Below are positions 28,799 to 37,822 of a stretch of DNA of 64,000 nt, one piece after another. Position 1 is the first letter of the stretch. Each line of letters opens with the position of its first letter. The notes beneath the pieces were generated by a model. It saw only the letters and a list, made by a program, of their open reading frames with translations, ran no database searches and was not told the DNA's origin. The translations under genes were made by a program, and so were the position numbers. The stretch covers positions 335,298 to 399,297 of the forward strand of contig OZ245366.1 of assembly GCA_965226585.1 (NCBI GenBank). The letters are read 5' to 3'. Source of the stretch: Thermodesulfobacteriota bacterium (GTDB lineage Bacteria > Desulfobacterota_D > UBA1144 > Nemesobacterales > Mycalebacteriaceae).

Positions 28799-28890
28799 GA
28801 GCAGTGTGTAATCTGCACAGAGCCAAGACTTTATCCAAAAAGAGCCTTGAAACCAAAGGCGCGAATACTCATAATAGCCCTGTCTACGGA

Positions 28891-29644
28891 GACTCTATTA
28901 TTGAAAGTACAAACCCTTGCCAGCGGAAGTTCGGGAAACTGCACTTTTATAGACAGCGGATGCTCAAAGATACTTGTTGACGCCGGTATCGGTGTGCGAA
29001 AACTCTCCAAATTCCTCGGGCAAATAGGCGTAAGTATGGAAGAGATAGACGCCGTTGTTGTCAGCCACGAACACTTAGACCACGCAAAAGCGATAACCTC
29101 CATTCCCGTTCCCGTCTATGTTTCATCCGCCACGGCGCACCTGTGGCACAAAAAAGTTGACTCTCTTTCCGAGTTCAATTCCGGCGGCGGTTTCGAAGTC
29201 GGCGCGATGACGATAAACACCTTTCCCGTTCCCCATGACGCCCTGGACCCGGTCGGCTTCACCGTTGAGGCGAAAGGCAAAAAAGTGGGAGTTGTTACCG
29301 ATATCGGCAGAGAAACCGGAGTTGTTTCCGACCGGCTGCGCGATTGCGATATGCTGGTGATAGAGTCAAACCACGATGAACGACAGCTTCTGTCCGGGCT
29401 CTACCCGTGGGAATTGAAACAGAGAATCGGCGGAAGTCTCGGCCATCTGTCAAACCGGCAGTGCTCAAATCTTCTCTGCGGCGTGGCGCACGACAAACTG
29501 CGTTTTGTGGTTCTCGCCCACTTGAGCGAGTCAAACAATATGCCCGCTCTCGCCCTTGACTCCGCGCGCGCGGCGGTCAGGGGGAGCGGGGCGTCCGTTC
29601 ACGTGGCTCCCAGAGTGTCGCCGGGGGAGGCGTTCATAATTTGA
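28891..29644 (+). CDS. MBL-fold metallo-hydrolase
   Basis: HEHLDHA metal-binding motif. Probable TTG start (LKVQTLASGSSGNC) with GGAG about 10 nt upstream. The track ORF from 28595 is an upstream in-frame extension overlapping the divergent gene. Confidence 0.7.
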
Positions 29645-30933
29645 TTTCACGATACAGCAGAAAGGAAATGGCGGACATCTGGAGCGACAAATCCAGATAC
29701 TCCAAATGGCTTGAAGTGGAACTCGCCGTCTGCAGGGCTTGGAGCGAGGCGGGAAAAATTCCCCCGAAAGCCCTTGCGGATATAGAAAAAAAAGCCGCCT
29801 TTGATACCGCGAGAATAGCGAAACTGGAAAAGAGTTTGAAGCACGACGTGCTCGCGTTTCTCACTTCCGTTTCAGAAAAAGTGGGCGCGAACTCAAGATA
29901 CATTCACATGGGCATCACCTCGTCAGATGTTCTGGACACCGCGTTCGCCCTCCAGCTTGGGCAAGCCGCGCAACTCATAATGAAAGATATGAAAGACGTG
30001 ATGAAGGTTTTGAAAAAACACGCTCTCCGGCACAAAAAAACCCCGATGATAGGAAGGTCTCACGGCATTCACGCCGAGCCCAAAACCCTCGGGCTTGTTT
30101 TCGCCCTATGGTATGACGAGATGTCTCGAAACCTTGCCAGAATGAAGCGCGCCGCCCATGAGGCGGGGGTGGGCATGATGTCGGGACCTGTTGGAACCTA
30201 CGCGAGCGTGCCGCCCCGGATTGAGAAAAGTGCCTGCAAAAAACTGGGTCTTCGTCCCGCCGCGATATCAACCCAGATAATTCACCGCGACATACACGCC
30301 GAGTATTTTCTCTGCCTCTCGCTCATCGCCGCCGGAATTGAGAGAATAGCGACCGAGATACGGCACTTTCAAAGAACCGAGGTTCTTGAAATGGAGGAGC
30401 CGTTCGGAAGCGGGCAGAAAGGGTCTTCGGCGATGCCCCACAAAAAAAATCCGATATTGTCGGAAAATCTCTGCGGCCTCGCAAGGGTTGTGAGGTCTCA
30501 CTCTGCGGCCGCGCTTGAAAACATCTCCCTGTGGCACGAGAGAGACATAAGCCACTCGTCGGTTGAAAGGATTATCGCCCCGGACGGCACCACTCTTGTT
30601 GATTTTATGCTCGTCCGCCTCAAACTTCTTCTGGATGGTCTTGTGATACACAAGGACAAACTTTCGGAAAACATGGACCTGACAAAAGGGCTTGTGTTTT
30701 CCCAGAAAGTTTTGCTGAAGATTATAGACAAGGGCGTCTCCCGTGAGAATGCGTACGCGATTGTGCAGAGAAACGCCATGAAATGCTGGGAGGAGAAGAC
30801 CGACTTTTCAGCCATCCTTAAAACGGACGGGGAGTTGATGAAGATTCTCCCGGAGGACGAAATTGACTCATGTTTTGATACTTCAGAGGATTTTCAGCAT
30901 GTTGAGACGATTTTTAAGAGAGTTTTCTCCTGA
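29641..30933 (+). CDS. purB: adenylosuccinate lyase
   Basis: 430 aa with N-terminus MISRYSRKEMADIWS and the fumarate lyase signature region. There is a 4-nt overlap with the MBL gene. Confidence 0.95.
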   Translation: MISRYSRKEMADIWSDKSRYSKWLEVELAVCRAWSEAGKIPPKALADIEKKAAFDTARIAKLEKSLKHDVLAFLTSVSEKVGANSRYIHMGITSSDVLDTAFALQLGQAAQLIMKDMKDVMKVLKKHALRHKKTPMIGRSHGIHAEPKTLGLVFALWYDEMSRNLARMKRAAHEAGVGMMSGPVGTYASVPPRIEKSACKKLGLRPAAISTQIIHRDIHAEYFLCLSLIAAGIERIATEIRHFQRTEVLEMEEPFGSGQKGSSAMPHKKNPILSENLCGLARVVRSHSAAALENISLWHERDISHSSVERIIAPDGTTLVDFMLVRLKLLLDGLVIHKDKLSENMDLTKGLVFSQKVLLKIIDKGVSRENAYAIVQRNAMKCWEEKTDFSAILKTDGELMKILPEDEIDSCFDTSEDFQHVETIFKRVFS

Positions 30934-31933
30934 CCTTCCGGTTGTTGCCTCTCTCTGTTTTTTGCTGATTTTCTGCGCCGCGCAGAACTCCGCCGCAAGG
31001 AGTTTTGAGCAAAAAACCCGCGCGGCGGCGGAGACATTCGCAAAAAGTTTTGTGCTTTTTCTCCCCGCCGGATACACGGTTGGCGTTGAGAAATCCGGCG
31101 CGAAAAGACAGAGAGGGTTTATAAGCGGAAGGTTTGTTTTCAAATCCCCCAAAGGGAAAAAGGCGGACGTTCCGCCCGTTGCGTTTCTTCTGACTTCAGA
31201 CGGAAAGTATTTGATTCTGGGAACAGACAAAGTGGTTGGCACGGCTGACCTTGAAGGCTCAGACCTTTCCGGATTCGCCAAAATCCCAAATTTCTTCAAA
31301 GAGGCGCCGGTGGTTCTTTTCTCAAAAGACGGGCGGATAATCGCCGCGAACAACATTCTTGAAGTCGGCGCGGATTACGCCCTGAAGAACAGGCGGAAAA
31401 TGTCATTCAAAAACTCCCCGGTGCTGGGAGACCCGCGCGCCGAGGTGTCAATTGTTGAGTATTCGAACTTTCAATGCCCCTACTGCAAGGAGGCGCTTTT
31501 TTTAATCAGGGATGTTCTGGATAAGTATGAGGGCAAGGTGAGGCTTGTGTACAAACACCTTCCGGCAAGTTTTCATGAGTGGTCGTACCCCGCAGCCGCC
31601 GCTTCGTACTGTTTTGCCAGATTCGGGGGCAACAAGGCGTTCAGGTATTTTCACGATGAGGTTTTCAGGCATCAGGCATCCATAACTCCGCAAAACTACG
31701 CCAAACGCTTTGCCGCCCTCGCGCGCCGGTCGGGGCTTTCGCCGGGGCGCATATCAAAATGCATGGATTCATCCGAAGCAAAGGATATTATCAGTCGCGA
31801 CATAAAAGAGGCGGAATCGCTGGAAGTGGAAGGAACTCCAACGTTTTTTGTTGACGGAATCAGGGTTCCCGTGGACGCGGATTTGCTCAAGCGGGCAATT
31901 GAGATACGTCTTTCCCGCAGGGGTTTACAATGA
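30897..31933 (+). CDS. DsbA-family thiol:disulfide interchange protein (signal peptide, CPYC active site)
   Basis: A signal-peptide-like N-terminus follows the internal ATG near 30897. The thioredoxin-fold motif FQCPYC is present. The track start at 30863 overlaps the purB 3' end. Confidence 0.7.
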
Positions 31934-31943
31934 AAGGGGCGAT

Positions 31944-33155
31944 ATGGATTTTATAGAACAGGCGGGAAAAGCGGTAAGGCGGAAAGCCCCGGAATTGCGG
32001 GACTGGGAGGCGGAGCATCTGTCGAAAATACTGGCGCCTTTTTATTCCTCCGCCGACCTCAGGGTTTCAGAGAAAAAGTGCGCCGTTGTTGACACAAACA
32101 TCTTTCCCGCCGGTTTCAACAACCTTTCCGCGCCATTCCGTTCAGCCCTAGGTTCTCTCATAAAAGACGCTCTTGAGCGGAAATATCCCGGCACGGAAAG
32201 TGTTCTTATAGTTCCCGAAGTTCACACGCGAAACCCGTATTACTGGGAGAATATTAAGACGCTTGAAAAGGTTCTGCTGAGCCGCGGTTTTGAGGCGCGG
32301 GTTGGTTTTATTGACGACTCGGTTGAGCGCGAAAAAATCTCATGTGAGACATCGGGCGGCGAGACGGTGGAGCTTGCCAAAATACGTTCCGAGGGCGGAA
32401 AGATAACAGCCGGGGGTTTTACCGCGGACGCGGTTTTGCTGAACAACGATTTTTCCGATGACTGCCCGTCAATTCTGCGTGACGTTGTTCAGCCGATTGT
32501 GCCTCCGGTTGAAATCGGGTGGCATTCCCGCAGAAAAGATGTTCATTTTGAGTTTTACAACTCCCTTGCGTCCGAAGCCGCGCTGATATGCGGAATTGAC
32601 CCCGCCTCGGTTCAGGTTCTCACCCGTCCGGTGGAGGATGTGGATTTTGACGAAGCGGATGACAGGGAGAGGGTTGCCCTTGCCGCAGACGGCATGACCG
32701 GGGAGATGAAAAACGGTTCCGAGCCGTTTGTTTTTGTCAAAAGCAACAACGGCACTTACGGGATGGCGGTGGTTTCGGTTGCGGACGGCGATGCGGTGAG
32801 AAACATGAACGCCGAGAACAGAAAGAAGATGCGCGCCGGAAAATCAAAACAGCCTTTGAGAAACGTGGTTGTTCAGGAAGGCGTTCCGACCGCTTTGCGG
32901 ACAACGGACGGAATGCCCACCGAACCCGTTCTCTACATGGTGGAAACGCAAGTTGCGGGCGCGTTTTACCGGGCAAACTCCAGGAAAGACGCGCAGCAGA
33001 ATCTGAACTCATCGGGAATGGAGTTCCGACCGTTTCCCGATGCGGTGAGCGGTTTTCAGGAGATACCGGAACTGTTTTCCCTATGCGCCAAAATCGCCGT
33101 CATCGCCGCCGGATACGAGATTGAAAAGGTCATGCTGGAAGGGGGCTGTGAGTGA
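31944..33155 (+). CDS. putative glutamate--cysteine ligase family protein (GshA-like, uncertain)
   Basis: About 403 aa from ATG 31944 (RBS aaagggg). Overall resemblance to the small bacterial Glu-Cys ligase family. The assignment rests on weak recall. Confidence 0.4.
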   Translation: MDFIEQAGKAVRRKAPELRDWEAEHLSKILAPFYSSADLRVSEKKCAVVDTNIFPAGFNNLSAPFRSALGSLIKDALERKYPGTESVLIVPEVHTRNPYYWENIKTLEKVLLSRGFEARVGFIDDSVEREKISCETSGGETVELAKIRSEGGKITAGGFTADAVLLNNDFSDDCPSILRDVVQPIVPPVEIGWHSRRKDVHFEFYNSLASEAALICGIDPASVQVLTRPVEDVDFDEADDRERVALAADGMTGEMKNGSEPFVFVKSNNGTYGMAVVSVADGDAVRNMNAENRKKMRAGKSKQPLRNVVVQEGVPTALRTTDGMPTEPVLYMVETQVAGAFYRANSRKDAQQNLNSSGMEFRPFPDAVSGFQEIPELFSLCAKIAVIAAGYEIEKVMLEGGCE

Positions 33156-33199
33156 GTCGGAAATTTTGTTTGTGCGGATTTGGTTGATACCATTAAGAA

Positions 33200-33994
33200 A
33201 TGGCAAAGAATCTGAACCCTTGGATAGAGATGAGTATTGAATACGCGAACCAGCGTAGTTACTTGGATGATTTGTTCACCGTTTATCCGACAATACCGGA
33301 TGGTATTCGTGAAATAGATGAGGAAGTTCGGGAAAGTGTGGAAAAATCGTTTGAAAAGCAGGACAACATTTCGCTTATTGAAAACTTGCTCAAACTTGAA
33401 CTTTTTCCGGTCAAGGACTCGTATGTAGCGTACCTCAGGAGAGACAAAGAATCCTTGAGACGCAATCCTGCCACCGTAGACAGGCTTGCCGGTCGCATTT
33501 ATGATTTGGGGCTGGAGGAAGTTTTGTCTCGCTCTTCCGAGCCGAAAGAAACCAACAGGCAAATAGGCCCGCTTTTCAAACGCTGGATTAGTGGAAAGTC
33601 TCTCGGTGTGAAGCCAGTGAAGTTGGATAAGTTTTTGGAAACAAAAAGAAACGCTGTTCTTGATGCAAGTGATGAAGAGATGAAAGAATTTGCTTGGAAA
33701 AATCTGAATTACAAGCATGACAAAGGGCTCGATTTTGTCGGGCGTTTTAACGGCAAATACGTTATTGGAGAAGCAAAATTCCTAACTGATTTTGGAGGAC
33801 ATCAGAACGCTCAATTCAATGATGCTGTAGCTACTGTAACAGCGCGTGGAGTGAAAGCAGTTCAGGTCGCAATTCTTGACGGTGTCCTATACATTGAAAG
33901 CAGAAGTAAATTGCATAAGGAAATTACCGGACGGCTTAGAAACAAAAATATAATGAGTGCATTGGTTTTTCGGGAGTTTCTGTATCAGGTCTAA
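33200..33994 (+). CDS. putative type II restriction endonuclease (PD-(D/E)XK-like)
   Basis: 264 aa, AT-rich. It carries a D...(E)AK-type motif (GLDFVGRF...VIGEAKF) and overlaps the downstream DNA methyltransferase start by 1 nt (TAATG). Confidence 0.5.
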   Translation: MAKNLNPWIEMSIEYANQRSYLDDLFTVYPTIPDGIREIDEEVRESVEKSFEKQDNISLIENLLKLELFPVKDSYVAYLRRDKESLRRNPATVDRLAGRIYDLGLEEVLSRSSEPKETNRQIGPLFKRWISGKSLGVKPVKLDKFLETKRNAVLDASDEEMKEFAWKNLNYKHDKGLDFVGRFNGKYVIGEAKFLTDFGGHQNAQFNDAVATVTARGVKAVQVAILDGVLYIESRSKLHKEITGRLRNKNIMSALVFREFLYQV

Positions 33995-35124
33995 TGCCAA
34001 TGTTCATTACTTATGAAAACAAGAAGTCTGAGAAAGATATTCTCGACAAAACTTCTGGCGTAGGTCTGGATGTTGTTTCCGGGCAAGGGGCGGCAAACAA
34101 GCTTATTCACGCAGACAACCTTCCAACTCTTAAAACTCTACTTGCCGATTATGCTGGGAAAATTGATTTGATTTACATTGACCCCCCATTTGCCACGAAC
34201 GGACATTTCAAAATCAGCAAAGACAGGGCGAATACGGTCAGCTGTTGCAATGGTGATGAAGTGGCGTACAGCGATACCCTTTTAGGAGTGGATTTTCTGG
34301 AATTTTTGCGTGAAAGGCTGGTACTGTTGCGCGAACTCTTATCCGAACACGGGTCAATTTATCTGCACATTGACTACAAGATAGGGCATTACGTCAAGTT
34401 GATAATGGATGAGATATTTGGAATCGGTACGTTCCGGAACGATATTACCAGAGTTAAGTGTAATCCGAAGAATTTTAACCGTAAAGCGTATGGAAACATT
34501 AAGGATTTGATACTTTTTTATTCAAAATCTCCTACTCCGAAATGGAATGACCCGCGTATTCCTTTTTCAAAAGAGGATGAGGAACGCTTGTTCAAAAAAA
34601 CAGATGATAACGGGCGGAAATATACGACAATACCGCTTCACGCGCCTGGAGAAACTTCAAGCGGTAAGACGAGCGAGGAGTGGAAAGGTATGAAGCCGCC
34701 TAGGGGAAGGCATTGGCGTACCGACCCGGCGATACTTGAGAAATGGGACAATCAGGGATTGGTTGAGTGGTCGGTAAACGGAGTTCCACGTAAGAAAATC
34801 TTTCTTGATGAGAGGAGAGGTAAGAAAATGCAAGACATTTGGGAATTCAAGGACCCGCAGTATCCGCAGTACCCAACGGAGAAAAGTTTGAATCTTTTGA
34901 AATTTATTATTGAAGCGTCATCAAACGAAGGAGATTTGGTACTGGATTGTTTTGCGGGTTCGGGAACGACTCTTGTCGCAGCACAATCTCTGAACCGTCA
35001 TTGGATAGGAATTGACGAGTCTGAATCGGCGATTAAAGTTATCAAAGAGAGAATAAACGATTTGCCTGCCACTCTTTTTTCACTTGTTGAATATGAGTTT
35101 TTGAGAACAGTACAAATGCCATAG
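33994..35124 (+). CDS. DNA methyltransferase, beta-class N6-adenine/N4-cytosine type (motif IV DPPF preceding motif I FAGSGTT)
   Basis: 376 aa, AT-rich. IYIDPPF catalytic motif lies N-terminal to the LDCFAGSGTTLVAA SAM-binding motif, which is the circular permutation typical of beta-group amino-MTases. Confidence 0.8.
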   Translation: MPMFITYENKKSEKDILDKTSGVGLDVVSGQGAANKLIHADNLPTLKTLLADYAGKIDLIYIDPPFATNGHFKISKDRANTVSCCNGDEVAYSDTLLGVDFLEFLRERLVLLRELLSEHGSIYLHIDYKIGHYVKLIMDEIFGIGTFRNDITRVKCNPKNFNRKAYGNIKDLILFYSKSPTPKWNDPRIPFSKEDEERLFKKTDDNGRKYTTIPLHAPGETSSGKTSEEWKGMKPPRGRHWRTDPAILEKWDNQGLVEWSVNGVPRKKIFLDERRGKKMQDIWEFKDPQYPQYPTEKSLNLLKFIIEASSNEGDLVLDCFAGSGTTLVAAQSLNRHWIGIDESESAIKVIKERINDLPATLFSLVEYEFLRTVQMP

Positions 35125-35149
35125 TATTCGACCTGATGACCAAGAAAAA

Positions 35150-35178
35150 TTGACACTTTTCAGGCAGTTAGGTATAGA
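35150..35178 (+). promoter_or_regulatory. sigma70-like promoter (TTGACA-17nt-TATAGA) upstream of the Panacea-domain gene
   Basis: ttgacacttttcaggcagttaggtatagaat lies about 55 nt upstream of the ATG at 35230. Confidence 0.35.
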
Positions 35179-35229
35179 ATGTGAGGTAGCGATTGAACTT
35201 ATTGTAAGTATGAAAATAGGGGGGTTGCA

Positions 35230-35760
35230 ATGCCGAAATCAACAAAAAAGCTAACCGAACTTCTCTTGTATGTTGCGTCTAAATCTGAAGGAGACGGGAG
35301 TTTTGGAATGACTAAACTCAACAAATTGATGTTTTTTTCAGATTTTTCTCACTACAAAAAGACTGGAAGATCTATTACAGACACCACTTATGTAAGAAAC
35401 CATCGGGGACCCACCATTAAGGATTTACATTTGGTATTGAATGAAATGGAGAGTAATCGTGTTTCTGCGATTAAAGAGACAGATTTTCACGGCTATCCAC
35501 AGAAGCGTCTAATTGCACTGAGACGCGCTGACATATCACAGTTTACGGTTGATGAGATAGACACGGTAGGGAGTGTTCTATCACTTCTGAAGGGTCATAA
35601 TGCGTCAGAAGTTAGTGAAGCATCCCACGAATTCGTAGGGTGGAGATTTGCCCGTCAGGGTGAGGAAATCCCTTACATGACTATTAATATATGTAGTCCT
35701 GAACAGGTTGCTGAATCAATGTCAGATGAAGAGTTAAGGCAAGCAAGTGAGTACGACTGA
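35230..35760 (+). CDS. Panacea-domain (DUF4065, SocA/GepA-like) antitoxin candidate
   Basis: 176 aa. The N-terminus LTELLLYVASKS...MTKLNKLMFFSDFSHYKKTGRSITDTTYVRNHRGP matches the Panacea/DUF4065 signature. RBS gggggg upstream. AT-rich. Confidence 0.7.
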   Translation: MPKSTKKLTELLLYVASKSEGDGSFGMTKLNKLMFFSDFSHYKKTGRSITDTTYVRNHRGPTIKDLHLVLNEMESNRVSAIKETDFHGYPQKRLIALRRADISQFTVDEIDTVGSVLSLLKGHNASEVSEASHEFVGWRFARQGEEIPYMTINICSPEQVAESMSDEELRQASEYD

Positions 35761-36049
35761 TAACCTTTTCAATATAATTGAAACAGGCGAATATAAGAAA
35801 AGTATCCGGTGCCTGAAAAGAAAGGATCTCTTTGACTCCAAGGGTCTCAAGTTCGCAAGGGATGCTGTCCGGTGGGCGTTGGAGCGCAGTCCGGAGGATT
35901 ACCTTGTAGTTAATCCTAAGGCATCCATCCGTTTTATAAGAGTTTGGAACCAAAGAGGAACCACCTCGCTAGGGGTTTTTTACAAAGTTTGTGAGGGAGA
36001 TGTGTGCTTACGTGGTGCGTGTGCTACTAAGAAGGAGTGGTTAATGTAG
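35747..36049 (+). CDS. small toxin candidate (RelE/ParE-like pattern), overlapping the Panacea gene
   Basis: 100-aa ORF overlapping the upstream gene by 14 nt. Its C-terminal half IRFIRVWNQRGTTSLGVFYKVCEGDVCLRG resembles the beta-sheet core of RelE/ParE toxins. Weak. Confidence 0.4.
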   Translation: MSTTDNLFNIIETGEYKKSIRCLKRKDLFDSKGLKFARDAVRWALERSPEDYLVVNPKASIRFIRVWNQRGTTSLGVFYKVCEGDVCLRGACATKKEWLM

Positions 36050-36072
36050 TCGATGATTTTGCCTGTGAGTAG

Positions 36073-37773
36073 TCACCCCTCTGCCACCGCGTTATTATAC
36101 GCTTCAATCACATCCCTTCGCGACAAAATCCCCACTATTTTTCTTGACCCCTTGGACTCCACAACCGGAAGTATTTCCGCGGGCTTCTGCCCCAGCACTT
36201 TTACCACATCGTAGAGATTGTCATCGGGGCAGGCGGTTGTTACGTCAAGAGTCGCGAACTCCTTGACGAGCAGAAGGTCTTTCAAATCCTCCTGAAACAG
36301 CCACTGGCGGAAATCCTGTATTGACACTATCCCCGATAAAAGCCCTTCCGAGTCTACAATCGGAAAGGTTGTGAACCTGCTCTGCGGAATGTCTTCAATC
36401 AGTTTTCTCAACTTGGTGTTCTCGTCAACCGTCTCAATACTCGTTCTCATCACATCTTTCACGCTCAGGGAATGCAGGTTTTCGTTCTCTATCCCGCTTA
36501 TCTCAACCCCCTCTTTTTTCAACTCAAGCATGTCCATTGAGCCGCCCGTAAGAGCGCGGGCAAGCGACCAGCTTACAACCGTGCACGCCATCACCGGAAC
36601 TATCACCTGATAACTCTGTGTCAACTCAATTATCAAAAATATGGAAGTCAGAGGGGCGTGCGTGATGGCGGCAAGAAACGCCCCCATGCCCAGAGTTGCG
36701 CAAACGGACGATATGTTTGGCGGAGCGGAAAAAATACTTGACGCCGCCTTCGCAAAAGCCCCGCCCGCGGCGGCTCCCATGAATATGGCGGGCGCGAACA
36801 AACCTCCGGGCCACCCGCTGCCGACCGTAACGCAAGTCGCAACCGGCTTCAAAAGAGCCACCGCCGCAAGCCCAAGCAGCGGAGCGTTTCCCTTCAGTAT
36901 ATCCCTCACGTGCTCGTAGCCGTTTCCAAGAATGTCGGGCGAAGCAAAAGACAGCCCGCCCAGAAGAGCCGCCCCGATGAACAGGCGAATCTTCCTGTCG
37001 CCTATCTTTGAAAACAGGTCTTCAGTTACGGAAAATATCTTCATAAAACCCGCCGCATTGAAACCGATAACAACCCCCAGCGGCAGGTAGAAAATCATAA
37101 GGTCGCGCATGTTAAACGCTTCGTTCTGAAAACTCGGCATCTCAAAAAGCGGAGTGCTGCCGCCCAGAAAATATGACAGAGCGGTTGCGGTCGCAGATGA
37201 TATGACTATCGGAATAAAAGTTGCCGACCTCAGGTTTCTCAAGAGCACTATCTCTTCAGAAAAAAGCACTCCCGTAATCGGCGCGTTGAAGGTTGCCGCG
37301 ATTGCCGCCGCCGTTCCGCACGCTATGAAAGTGCGGATGCCGGTTTTGGACAGACGCACCCGCTCTCCAATCATACTGCCAATCGCCCCGCCCGTTTGGG
37401 CGATGGGTCCCTCCTGCCCGGCGGAGCCGCCGAAACCCAATGCAACCACAGATCCCGCGGCGCGTGAGATTGCCTCGCGCCCCCTGATAACTCCGCTTCC
37501 GAGGTTTATCCTCTCAACAAATCTCGGAAACCCGAAACCCAGCAGGTCTTTCGGGGAAAACGGCAGTTTTGAAATGACGGCAAGCAAAGCCGCGCCGGCA
37601 AAAAGAGGGATGAAAATTTTTGCCCCGGCTCCCGTAAACGGAGAAACGGCAAAGTGGTAGAGACTTTCATACGAGGTGACAAACAGATGGTTCACCCCGC
37701 CCGCCGCAAGCCCTATCACAAGAGCCCCGGCGATGAGAACGGTCTGCTCGGACAGCAGGCGGTTTTTTTTCAT
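36073..37773 (-). CDS. ClC-family voltage-gated chloride channel with C-terminal CBS pair
   Basis: 566 aa. ClC selectivity motifs (GSAGQEGP, GGLFAPAIFMGAAAG) are followed by two CBS domains. Confidence 0.9.
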   Translation of the reverse strand: MKKNRLLSEQTVLIAGALVIGLAAGGVNHLFVTSYESLYHFAVSPFTGAGAKIFIPLFAGAALLAVISKLPFSPKDLLGFGFPRFVERINLGSGVIRGREAISRAAGSVVALGFGGSAGQEGPIAQTGGAIGSMIGERVRLSKTGIRTFIACGTAAAIAATFNAPITGVLFSEEIVLLRNLRSATFIPIVISSATATALSYFLGGSTPLFEMPSFQNEAFNMRDLMIFYLPLGVVIGFNAAGFMKIFSVTEDLFSKIGDRKIRLFIGAALLGGLSFASPDILGNGYEHVRDILKGNAPLLGLAAVALLKPVATCVTVGSGWPGGLFAPAIFMGAAAGGAFAKAASSIFSAPPNISSVCATLGMGAFLAAITHAPLTSIFLIIELTQSYQVIVPVMACTVVSWSLARALTGGSMDMLELKKEGVEISGIENENLHSLSVKDVMRTSIETVDENTKLRKLIEDIPQSRFTTFPIVDSEGLLSGIVSIQDFRQWLFQEDLKDLLLVKEFATLDVTTACPDDNLYDVVKVLGQKPAEILPVVESKGSRKIVGILSRRDVIEAYNNAVAEG

Positions 37774-37822
37774 TCAGCCTCCCCCCGGCATTGACAGCAA
37801 AGCATCTTGATATGTAGAGTTT

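Noticed and set aside
28595-28890. Upstream in-frame extension of the MBL-fold gene in the ORF track
   Set aside because: The extension overlaps the 5' end of the divergent 1033-aa gene and is AT-rich nonsense-like sequence. A TTG with a GGAG RBS near 28891 gives a start consistent with MBL-fold homologs.
30863-30896. Track start of the DsbA-like ORF overlapping the purB 3' end
   Set aside because: An internal ATG near 30897 gives a clean signal peptide start. The longer form would overlap purB by about 70 nt.
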